Source: Guillardia theta CCMP2712
Taxonomy: Eukaryota > Protista > Cryptophyta
Reading direction: 5' to 3'
DNA: 64,000 nucleotides
Assembly (NCBI RefSeq): GCF_000315625.1
Contig: NW_005434504.1
Span: forward strand, 1-64,000
Shown here one piece after another: positions 19,941-30,062 of the stretch. Each line of letters opens with the position of its first letter. The stretch's first letter is position 1. The notes beneath the pieces are model-generated. The model worked only from the letters and a program-made list of their open reading frames with translations. It was not told where the DNA came from and did no database searches. Position numbers and translations under genes: made by a program.

Positions 19941-21477
19941 ACAAACAAGCACTCGTCCCTGTAGTCGACCCACAATCCTCCAGATTCGTAATCATTCCCG
20001 TAGCGCTGTATGATCCTACCGGGCACCACTGCGGGGAGTTGTCAAAGGCCGTGCACTGAGAGCTGGCCGTGGCGGTGGTGACGCCGGTGGTCTTCTGGTC
20101 GGAGCATAGGGTGCAGTCTTTCAAGAGATAAAACACTGCGTTCTTGTTGTTCGCATTAGCAGCATTGGTACCACTTGTTGCAATCCATTGATATGCAGCC
20201 CCGCCACAATCACGGAATGAACCAACAGTACTATCATAATTACAAGAAGTCCAAGCATTTGTGTCTGCGAGGTAATCGGCCTCTGATCCATAGAGTTTGA
20301 AATGAAGATTCAGTTTGTTTCTATCACTTGCCCAACTGTAAAGCATATTCTTGGAGACACTCCAGTCCGCATCCACCGGCAAGATCCGCTTGTAGAAGAT
20401 GAGCCAATGCGTCAAGGCACAGTCATAACAAACCCTCACAATCGTCCCATAGGTATTACTGGCAACAAGCTGCTGAAACGCAAGGTCCCAACTCGCAACC
20501 GGCGCGCTCGCAGCCCCATTGACGTCAGGGCTGATGCCCGGGAAGCCCTTGCTGGCGACAAGTTGAGGATAGAACGCATAGAGAGGATTCGGGTTGTAGC
20601 TGTTCTGGAGGCAGCCGGTGGGATAGTACAGTGGGAAATAATGCTGTTCCATATCAAACTGTGTAAATGGAAAGTCATAAACGCGAAAATCGTCAATATA
20701 TCCATTGAAATCACGGTCAAGTGCTGGTCTATTGCCGATATAAAACTGTGGAGATGCACCAGTATTAGTTACTGGAGGACTGAAAGTTTGAGTACGTATT
20801 TTTTGTCCATTGATCCATATATTACACACTACTGTCGTATCACATGTTATAACCAAGAAGAACCATTGATTCTGCAGAGCATAATCATTGTTACTTGCAG
20901 AGATACTTACATATGAAGAACCCATATAACTCAAACCACCATACATATCATTATCTGTTCCAAGTTGCATCATATTAAATGTATTTGAACTATCTGTAAA
21001 TTCAAACAAACGACCATACCCATATGCATCAGATGCCGCAAGAAAATTATACCAAAAGGATACTGTAAATCCGTTCTGTTTGAACAAAGAAAAAAAATCC
21101 AAAGATGCAGGAATGACTAATGCATACGAACCTCCCTGAAAACGAGCAGAACCTGAACCTCTTCTGCCAATGGAGTACACAGGTGCTGTAGACGGGACAG
21201 TTGCATGTCTTCCATTCCCAGAACTATCCTTGCCCAGATCACCCACATCCTCAAACTGGTAGCTGACCAACGGCTTATACTCCAGGCAATCATACACGGA
21301 CGTCTTGCCGGTAGAATTCGTGGTGGTCATGTGGGGGCATCGAACGCAGTTGGTCGTCCCAGAGCCCGTGCCGGAGCCGTCATCGTAGTAGCCGATGTTA
21401 CAGCTGGACTGCGCATCCACCCCAGCCACCAACCACGCGACAACCACAAGGGCACCCCACTTCAACCCGCAACCCAT
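19935..21477 (-). pseudogene. Secreted/surface protein with Cys-rich modules and LamG (concanavalin A-like) domain, 3'-truncated
   Basis: Signal peptide from ATG 21477; CNIGYY...CVRCP...C module; YQFED..DSSGNGRHA, FTVSFW, NQWFFLV, IWING, FNGYIDDFRVY (LamG_3); second domain IFYKR...WTSCNYD...FRDCG. Confidence 0.8.
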
Positions 21478-21553
21478 CCTAACGCAACTCCCACGCCCGC
21501 AACTGATATATGTGCAGCCCGCGGGGGGCCGGGGGGAATACACAGTGGTGACG

Positions 21554-22372
21554 ATGGACACCGGGGAGCTGACGATGAAAGCAGCGACGAACGACTCAAA
21601 AAACGGGCGGGACCCCTTCGACGTCTCGATGGTGGGGAGGGCGCGGGGGGGCCTCCGGCTGCCTCTGCAGGGGGCTGTACAGAGGGGGGTCACAATGCAG
21701 CCAACCACGGCGATGGCCGCGCAGATGCAACTCAGGCAGGGCCCCAGGATGGCCCCGACGCCGGACAAGATCAGCGCGCCGAGCAGCAAGGACGGGGACT
21801 CCGTGGCGAGCGGGGCATCGACAGTGTGCCTCACGGAGGACTCGAAGCACCCGGAGATTGTGCGCACAGGGTATATCCTATCCCTGACTGCGGTGATCCT
21901 CACCGTATGCGTCCTCGAGAGCAAGGGGAATGTCTACGCGCTGAACCTTGCGATCCTGACGGCGCTCCCGCTGCTCTCGGCAACCGCGGTGCTGCACAGC
22001 TACTCGATGAACCGACTGCGGCTCTCGGTCCTCGCGGCGGTGGCGACAACCCTCTCTGCCTGGGCGGCGATATCCATCCTGGTCAATGACAACACGCTAT
22101 CCCTGCTGAGACACATACCCGGGATGGCGCTGCTCAACGCCTTCTTCTACCTGATGTCGACGCGCTGGAGGCGAATCATCTCCGTCGTCTGCAGTGTCCT
22201 AATCCTCCTCTGCATCGCGATGAGCGCAATCATCGATGCCACCCTGCCATCGAAGCAGGTGATCGTACTCTTGACGATCCTGATCTTCTTCCTGCTCTTC
22301 GTGCAGAGCAACATCGCTGTCACACCTGGCCCATGCAAGAAGAGCGATGGCTGCAGCCTGGGGATGGTCTGA
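21554..22372 (+). CDS. Multi-pass membrane protein
   Basis: About six hydrophobic segments in the C-terminal two thirds; start uncertain. Confidence 0.7.
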   Translation: MDTGELTMKAATNDSKNGRDPFDVSMVGRARGGLRLPLQGAVQRGVTMQPTTAMAAQMQLRQGPRMAPTPDKISAPSSKDGDSVASGASTVCLTEDSKHPEIVRTGYILSLTAVILTVCVLESKGNVYALNLAILTALPLLSATAVLHSYSMNRLRLSVLAAVATTLSAWAAISILVNDNTLSLLRHIPGMALLNAFFYLMSTRWRRIISVVCSVLILLCIAMSAIIDATLPSKQVIVLLTILIFFLLFVQSNIAVTPGPCKKSDGCSLGMV

Positions 22373-22405
22373 CGCGATATAAACTGCACCGAGAGACTGT
22401 TTAGA

Positions 22406-22778
22406 ATGGCTTACACTATCGCCTTTGCCGGGATCCAGGTGCTGGCGGCGATTGCGTTCATCATCGTGACGTCCAAGATCGTCGGCCCGACGCTCTTCTG
22501 GTACGACACGCACATACAGCAGCACACAATGGAGCAGTTTGCCATCGGAAATCTCTCCTACATCCTGATCCCCAATATGGACACGCGGGACCTCGTCGCC
22601 TCTATCGGCACGCCCTACAAGAACACGATCTTCTACATGAGGATGGAGCCGGTGTCCTTCAGCCTTGTCCCAGTGCTCCTCCTGACTGCCTACACCGTCC
22701 TGACACTCTTCAAGACACCGGAGAGCAAGCAGGCGCACAAGAAGATCAGCAATGACGACAGCTACACGCAGGAGACGA
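22406..22778 (+). pseudogene. Membrane protein truncated by satellite B
   Basis: Two hydrophobic segments; frame runs into satellite at 22779; gatataaac upstream. Confidence 0.7.
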
Positions 22779-23286
22779 TAGAAAAACCCTGGATTTTCAA
22801 CTCAATTTCCAGTTGAGTTTCGACCTCGAAAAAAATCCTATACGTATAAATACGTTGCAAGTTTTTTCTTCCCGGCTTCTCTCCCATATCATTCTATACC
22901 TCCCCGCGACCCCTCGGCTCAAGAGGCTCATAACCTGTTTCCACGGGCCCGGACGGCCCGGACGGGCCTGGAGCTCGCCGGAGAGGCCCGGAATATGCCC
23001 AAAGGATGTCAATCAGGCCGATCCAAAGCAAAGAGACATAATCAGGACTTTTTGGAGAGATTTCCGATCAATTAGTACATGAACTGGTTTATAGGTAGAA
23101 AAACCCTGGATTTTCAACTCAATTTCCAGTTGAGTTTCGACCTCGAAAAAAATCCTATACGTATAAATACGTTGCAAGTTTTTTCTTCCCGGCATCTCTC
23201 CCACAGGTTTATAGGTAGAAAAACCCTGGATTTTCAACTCAATTTCCAGTTGAGTTTCGACCTCGAAAAAAATCCTATACGTATAA
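22779..23286 (+). repeat. Satellite B (317-bp unit), partial/rearranged copies
   Basis: tagaaaaaccctggattttcaactcaat recurs at 22779, 23096, 23216. Confidence 0.95.
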
Positions 23287-23287
23287 T

Positions 23288-24618
23288 CACCATCACAGGG
23301 ATACGTTGCAATCGAAACCGGGTTGTGAAATACCCTAAGCTATCTGCGATGCATGACAGGGAAACTGAGTTGGAGTAGATGGATGGAGATTACACACAAG
23401 ACGACAGGGAATCATCATCCGACGGTGACTGGATTGTTCAAAAGCCGTACAGTCACCAGTGAGCTCAAGAACATATGTTTTCACGATGATGGCTGATAGG
23501 CTCGCAAGACATACAGTGCATTTTAGCAGTGGGCTGCTCGATTGCTTGAAACCACGATGATCCACAGCACTATCGAATGATAACAAGCAAGTCCAGTGGT
23601 TCGTGAAGGATTCTTCATCCGGTTTTCAAGGATGTGTAATGAGCCGCTGCCAAGCAGATGATACGGTCACAGCAAACACGAGCACTTTGAAGATGCTGAT
23701 ATTCCAGGCTGTACAGCATTTATGATGTGGCTACATGTCACATGCTTCTTGGTTAACACAAAAGTAACTTCGCCAGGCAAAAGATGGAACGTCGTCAGGA
23801 TTACAAGGAGGTCGGTTGTGCTTTTACCCAGATTGAAACGCTTGTAATAAAGATATGATCACCTGAATGTGGAATTCTGTTTATTGATTCACAGTGTTTG
23901 TCGTTCGTTTACAATCATCGAGTGCTTGCTCTGTTGAACAAGGCACCCCTCTGTAGAGCCAAATGCGACAAGAACACTACTGTTGCATGGTAGCATTGCG
24001 AACTGTCCAAACAAGGCAGGATTGATTCGAAGAACATCTCATTTATTGATATCAGATTCATCTGCACATTGTTTCATTTCTAACTAGGTTTCTGCAGCGT
24101 TGTGGAAATGTCATGACAGAGGAAGAACTTAGTTGCAGTGCAGAAAAATCATCCAACGTCATGAAACATGGAAATGCAATTGTCAATGCACTTGATCATG
24201 GGTATAGTGATTCATGATCAACAACGATGATTCAAAGTCATCTATCCTGGCAGGTAAAGAAATCCTTTGTGCAAACGTCTCTTCATGCATCATTGAACGG
24301 TTGAGCATGTAAAGCTTTCTCTATAGAAAAGTGAGGTGCATGAATCCTGACCGTAAGACTAGAAGAATTCAAAGTGAGTGATGACATGAGAACACATATC
24401 TAGACAGCAAAGTCGCTTAAGGTACAGTTTGATATACAAATTTCTCACAAATCATGCATTTGAGCTCAACGTTCAACCTACGGCAATTTGAAAGAAGGGT
24501 CAATCAGAGTTGATTCTGTTCAATGGTGAATCTATCATTAGTTGCTTAGCTGTTCATGAAAATTTCATCTTGTCTTCAAAGAATATTTTCAAGTACACAC
24601 GCGGATTGTTTGTACCTA
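23288..24618 (+). mobile_element. Internal part of a second copy of the CATAGCGTTG-TIR element (left end lost)
   Basis: High identity to 34869-36302 with a roughly 100-bp internal deletion. Confidence 0.85.
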
Positions 24619-24693
24619 TGTCTCTTTGCTTTGGATCGGCCTGATTGACATCCTTTGGGCATATTCCGGGCCTCTCCGGCGAGCTCCAGGCCC
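24617..24693 (-). repeat. Satellite B fragment (inside inversion)
   Basis: Reverse complement of gggcctggagctc...agagacata. Confidence 0.9.
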
Positions 24694-24837
24694 CATGCCG
24701 TTTACTTTCAGGCCTTTCGTTAATTTGGCCCTGAAATTTTTCGGTAGAGTGTTTTTTTTTTATAGGCGTGCTATTTTGAGAAACGAGCCAGAAACCCCGC
24801 TTAATAGTACCCATACGTTTTAGTTTATTTCTACACT
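24694..24837. mobile_element. Probable terminal fragment of a related CAT-ended transposon
   Basis: Starts CATGCCGTTTACTTTCAGGCC, 15/21 identical to the CATAGCGTTGCTTTTCCGGCC end, abutting satellite B. Confidence 0.4.
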
Positions 24838-25217
24838 CCAATCTCCGGACACTTAGCCTCCTGGCGGGCCTCCAGGGGGTCTGAGGCGGGGCTGAAGGCT
24901 GCAGTCGGTCTACTGACGGGCCCGGCCGGCAGGATCCGTCGAGAAACAGGGGGGTCAAGGGAGGTTTTCTTCCCCCTGGGAGAAATGTCCTATGGGTTTT
25001 TGGATCTGCGATATAAAAAAGTCTTGTCTCGGTCACGTGATGTGTCACGTGACCGGTCAGGTGAGCCTGTCAGCCGGGTCACGGCCCCTGTCAGCCGGCT
25101 GACATGTCACGGGCCTGCTGACACGGTCCGCTGACCGGTCACGGCCGCCCGGAGAGATCAGGCCCCCGGCCAATCTCCGGACACTTAGCCTCCTGGCGGG
25201 CCTCCAGGGGGTCTGAG
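24838..25217 (-). repeat. Satellite A, about 1.15 copies
   Basis: Essentially the same unit as 1-757. Confidence 0.95.
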
Positions 25218-25870
25218 CATAGCGTTGCTTTTTCGGCCGGGCGCTCATAGGAAAAATTGGCAAGATTTTTTTTTTTTCGAAGGGCCTGTGGGGTCCCTTC
25301 ATTTCATGCCATGTGGGAGTACCCTACTTTGAGAAGGCGTGTAGGAGGGTACTCGCTCTTAGGAAAATCGTTGCTGCGCAGGGCCAAAGAGGGGTAGGGT
25401 GATTTGAATTTGGTTGCTTGGACACCTCACCACGCCAAACCAAAGTAAAAGTACGAATTTTAGAAGTATCTGTGGTACCAACTTAATATTGCAGCGTTTA
25501 TATGGTACAAAACGAGGGCCAAACTGGTCGGAACTTCGACTTCCAAGAACCCCTCCGTTTGACTTTCGTTGGGGGGTGGGGTGGGTATGGAGCACCCTCA
25601 ACTACCCACCTTCGAACCAGTTTGAAACTCTGTGATAGGGGGTGGGGGGTAGCCCCCATTTCTCATTCCCCAAGCCCCCTCTCCCTGGACGAGCAAGAGG
25701 CGATGAAATGGTGCCTTCCTGACTCGCGAGGATGAACCTTGATATTGAGAGACTTCGAATCCAACCCAACTGAGATAGAAATGAGATGAAGATCTCATAT
25801 CATACCTGTAAGAGATGATCGAGCTTCTTTCTCAACGAATCATCCATCGTGTACTGGAATATGCACCCTA
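25218..25870 (-). mobile_element. Right end of the second CATAGCGTTG-TIR element copy, inverted
   Basis: Reverse complement of about 36301-36973 including the terminal CATAGCGTTG. Confidence 0.85.
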
Positions 25871-26244
25871 ATCAGGACTTTTTGGAGAGATTTCCGATCA
25901 ATTAGTACATGAACTGGTTTATAGGTAGAAAAACCCTGGATTTTCAACTCAATTTCCAGTTGAGTTTCGACCTCGAAAAAAATCCTATACGTATAAATAC
26001 GTTGCAAGTTTTTTCTTCCCGGCTTCTCTCCCATATCATTTTATACCTCCCCGCGACCCCTCGGCTCAAGCGCCACACTGGCATTTTGTCGGGAGGCTCA
26101 TAACCTGTTTCCACGGGCCCGGACGGCCCGCACGGGCCTGGAGCTCGCCGGAGAGGCCCGGAATATGCCCAAAGGATGTCAATCAGGCCGATCCAAAGCA
26201 AAGAGACATAATCAGGACTTTTTGGAGAGATTTCCGTTCAATTA
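25869..26244 (+). repeat. Satellite B, about 1.1 copies with a 23-bp insertion
   Basis: Unit sequence; extra cgccacactggcattttgtcggg at about 26071-26093. Confidence 0.9.
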
Positions 26245-26553
26245 CTCATAACGTCGCGGAGCCCCACTGCAAACATACCCCCAGATCCCCTCCCACCTTC
26301 CATCTGAGGTCATGGAGAGGCTCATTTGCCTCCATCTAGACTGATCTGATACCTCCTTGTGTCATCCGACTCATATATATACTCAGCGAGACGGGCCCGC
26401 AGGGCCCGCACTCATGAACGTCCCGGAGCCCCACTGCAAACATACCCCCAGATCCCCTCCCACCTTCCATCTGAGGTCATGGAGAGGCTCATTGGCCTCC
26501 ATCATGCCATTTAGACTGATCTGATACCTCCTTGTGTCATCCGACTCATATTC
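26244..26553 (-). repeat. Satellite C (about 170-bp unit), about 2 inverted copies
   Basis: Reverse complement of units in 29006-29725. Confidence 0.9.
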
Positions 26554-26636
26554 GGGAAGAAAAAACTTGCAACGTATTTATACGTATAGGATTTTTTTCG
26601 AGGTCGAAACTCAACTGGAAATTGAGTTGAAAATCC
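26553..26636 (-). repeat. Satellite B fragment, inverted
   Basis: Reverse complement of ggattttcaactc...ttcttcccg. Confidence 0.9.
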
Positions 26637-26863
26637 TAATCAGCAAGAACTTTCGCTCCCGCAGCATCAAGAATTCATCGAATTGGTCGAATTGGTTGTC
26701 TTGAGGAGGCTCATCATCGCCAATGGCGGGAACAGTGCTGAAAGAGGGGAAACAGAATCTGGAAATGTCAACCGCGTCGGTTCAATTCTCAAATGAAAAT
26801 GACTTATAGTTACGCTACGCAATTCAGCGCTTTCAAAAAAAACCGAAAAAAGGATCATTTCTA

Positions 26864-27871
26864 ATGAAAGTCTACATTCTTCGTTCAAAGAAGTGTATTG
26901 CGTTTCTTGTATTTTGTTGTTCTGTGATGGTTTTGAACATATTTCACTTTACTTCCAAACAAAGACACCCTATCATGCAGGTCTTTGAAGCTCAGATGCA
27001 GCAGTGTGTACGCAAAAAACTTATCCTTCGAAGAAACTGTTTGCAAATTCCTAACGAGACACCTGAAAGGTTGCTACGAGATTTGTTGCCAATTAACCCC
27101 TCTCTGGTTTATGATGTTGGTGCAAATGTAGGACATTTCACCGTGATTGCAGGCGAGCTAGGTCACTCTGTTGTTTCTTTCGAAGCAAATCCCAAGACAT
27201 GTAGCCAACTAAGGGAAAAAATCAATTCTCATAGACTAAAATCTGTGCAAGTGTACTGCGTTGCAGTAGGTAACAATAATTCCGAGGTCCAGGTTGACAC
27301 GAGCAGTCTGGATAGCGCCAGTACAAGTGTAATCGCAGGAGACAGTTCTTCAGCTTCTGCTGAGGTTCAAATGGTAAAAATGAAAACTTTGGATTCTATC
27401 TCTATCAACCACACGATTTTTCTTTTGAAATCTGACACACAAGGATATGAGCTAGAGGTTCTCAAGGGCGCACTTAAGACGCTGCAAAGGTCTCGCCCGA
27501 TAATTCTTGTCGAGCTGTCTTATTCTCTGTTGAACAAGATTGGAAACACTCGACCTTCAGCAGTTGCAAACTTTCTCTATGCTCATTTGGATTACCTGTG
27601 TACGTACTTGGCAGTGCATACAAAGATTTCGACAGCGAAATATGGGATCATCGAGGATTTCCAATTTTTGAGTGAGGAGTGCATTATTCCAACTTACATG
27701 ATGGACAAACTACTGCTAAGACCTTACAACAAAGCAAACAATACTGGTTGGACTGATTTATTGTGTTTTGATCCGTTGAAATTAATTCATCTTGTGGAGT
27801 ACGAGTCATCTCGACTTCTAAGAGATCTCCGATATCGTGTAAGAACTTTGAGTCATTTTTGTGCAAACTAG
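26864..27871 (+). CDS. FkbM-family SAM-dependent methyltransferase with N-terminal membrane anchor
   Basis: VYDVGANVGHF, SFEANP, LKSDTQGYELEVLKGA, PIILVE; hydrophobic N-terminus; AT-richer than the viral blocks. Confidence 0.9.
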   Translation: MKVYILRSKKCIAFLVFCCSVMVLNIFHFTSKQRHPIMQVFEAQMQQCVRKKLILRRNCLQIPNETPERLLRDLLPINPSLVYDVGANVGHFTVIAGELGHSVVSFEANPKTCSQLREKINSHRLKSVQVYCVAVGNNNSEVQVDTSSLDSASTSVIAGDSSSASAEVQMVKMKTLDSISINHTIFLLKSDTQGYELEVLKGALKTLQRSRPIILVELSYSLLNKIGNTRPSAVANFLYAHLDYLCTYLAVHTKISTAKYGIIEDFQFLSEECIIPTYMMDKLLLRPYNKANNTGWTDLLCFDPLKLIHLVEYESSRLLRDLRYRVRTLSHFCAN

Positions 27872-29005
27872 TCATATCCAACCTTGCTCAGTCAGTCGAT
27901 GAAAGCCTAGCAATCTGGTGCATGTTGCGCGCTGTGTGTTACACACTATGGGTGGTGAAAAAGATAGTGCATCGAAGACAGCAACACACAAGACTTACCT
28001 GTACTACAGCAAGCTCTCAGCACCTGCAAGACAGCGCTATCAGCAATACATCAAATCTAGGAAGCTTACCTGGAACAAAAGCACCTTGCAATATCACGTG
28101 ACCTAATGGGGCGACTTCTACAAACCCCCATTGCTCCTACAGAACAGCACGCAGCATAAAATGTGCACTTCTGACTGTGCAACGTGAAGCCTGGCGAACT
28201 TGGAAGGAACACTCCGCACCTCTTCGTGATCAGCAACTTGAGAACACCTTACAGGTTACCACGCGCGAACCGACATCCAAGGCAAAATGCTCCTGGACAC
28301 CGAAAGGATGCAATTCGGCGATTCTAAACATCGCCACTCTCTCAGTTAAGAGTCAAGATCTGATACAAGATTCTCAAGAGTTGCATGAACGAAGTACTTC
28401 AGTGCCAAGCTCTCGTCTCGCAGCACCAAAATAACAAGGGACACAAATTCTCTTCCTACAATAAGTCCTCGAGTACAACAACTTCTGAGGAAAACTGCAC
28501 ATGATTATCTTTTCTTTGCCTCGGTCCATAGGTCGGAAAACGCAACAGATCGTCAGCCCCGTGGGACTAAGCAAGAAACATCTTTACTGACTGAAACGGC
28601 GGGCTTACCCTTCGGGGCCTCGGGGAGCCTAACGATGTAGCTCATCCTGCAATTATTTCTGGTGACGGGTGACGAACCCGCTCTTCACATGGTGACGAAC
28701 CCGCTCTTCGCTCAATCCCTGGTAGCAGCGAGCACAGCAGGTGTGGCCGATAGTCGTAAAATCCACGTTGGGTCTTGGATATGCCCGATATCGTTCTTCA
28801 TCCCGCAAACCCCCACCTCACACTCCCGCACTTGTTGGAGCATATCTCAGCGAGTAATGGTCGGATGGAGGTCTAAAGCTCAAGCGACAGCTTAGGCATC
28901 AGAGCGTGGTTTGCATCCTTCATCCCCCAACCCCCCCTCCCCCCCCCCCCCTTACACTCCCGCACTTGTTGGAGCATATCTCATTTGATGATTACACGGT
29001 TTCAC

Positions 29006-29725
29006 CGGGCCCTGCGGGCCCGCCTCAGTATATACATGAGTCGGATGACACAAGGAGGTATCAGATCAGTCTAGATGGGGGCCAATGAGCCTCTCCATGA
29101 CCTCAGATGGAAGGTGGGAGGGGATCTGGGGGTATGTTTGCGGTGGGGCTTCCGACGTTATGAGTTTTTTGTAAGGCGGGCCGTGCGGGCCCGCCTCAGT
29201 ATATATGACAGAAGGAGGTATCAGATCAGTCTAGATGGAGACCGTACCAATGAGCCTCTCCATGACCTCAGATGGAAGGTGGGAGGGGATCTGGGGGTAT
29301 GTTTGCGGTGGGGCTCCCGACGTTATGAGTTTTTTGTAAGGCGGGCACTGCGGGCCCGCCTCAGTATATACATGAGTCGGATGACACAAGGAGGTATCAG
29401 ATCAGTCTAGATGGAGGCCAATGAGCCTCTCCATGACCTCAGATGGAAGGTGGGAGGGGATCTGGGGGTATGTTTGCGGTGGGGCTTCCGACGTTATGAG
29501 TTCTTTGCGGGCCGTGCGGGCCCGCCTCAGATTGAATATGAGTCGGATGACACAAGGAGGTATCAGATCAGTCTAGATGGAGGCCAATGAGCCTCTCCAT
29601 GACCTCTGATGGAAGGTGGGAGGGGATCTGGGGGTATGTTTGCGGTGGGGCCCCCGACGTTATGAGTTTTTTGTAAGGCGGGCACTGCGGGCCCGCCTCA
29701 GTATATACATGAGTCGGATGACACA
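29006..29725 (+). repeat. Satellite C, about 4.3 copies of 165-171 bp
   Basis: gggcccgcctcag recurs at about 29016, 29187, 29352, 29518, 29689. Confidence 0.95.
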
Positions 29726-29738
29726 CTGAGGAAAAAAA

Positions 29739-30062
29739 GGCCTGGAGCTTGTCGGAGAGGCCCGGAATATGCCCAAAGGATGTCAATCAGGCCGATCCAA
29801 AGGACGGGCCCGGACGGCCCGCACGGGCCTGGAGCTCGCCGGAGAGGCCCGGAATATGCCCAAAGGAAACAGGTTATGAGCCTCTTGAGCCGAGGGGTCG
29901 CGGGGAGGTATAAAACCTCCGATGTCAATCAGGCCGATCCAAAGCAAAGAGACATAATCAGGACTTTTTGGAGAGATTTCCGATCAATTAGTACTGGCAT
30001 TTTGTCGGGAGGCTCATAACCTGTTTCCAAACGCCCGGGCCGGCCCGCACGGGCCTGGAGCT
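29739..30062 (+). repeat. Scrambled satellite B fragments (includes a short inverted piece about 29865-29915)
   Basis: Patchwork of unit segments in both orientations. Confidence 0.85.

Larger units (their letters stand above)
10949..22778. mobile_element. Endogenous large-DNA-virus-like segment II
   Basis: Dense intronless genes (SF1 helicase, papain-like protease, GDCED protein, membrane proteins); both ends cut mid-gene by satellites. Confidence 0.7.

Noticed and set aside
21478-21924. N-terminal 149 aa of the 741-aa ORF
   Set aside because: Antisense to the 21554-22372 gene; the signal peptide starts at ATG 21477.
26499-26512. ccat-catg-ccat as a transposon excision footprint in satellite C
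   Set aside because: Only an 8-bp insertion; equally explained by slippage.
28480-28560. Hammerhead ribozyme from minus-strand CTGACGA
   Set aside because: No convincing stem II followed by GAAA and stems I/III.
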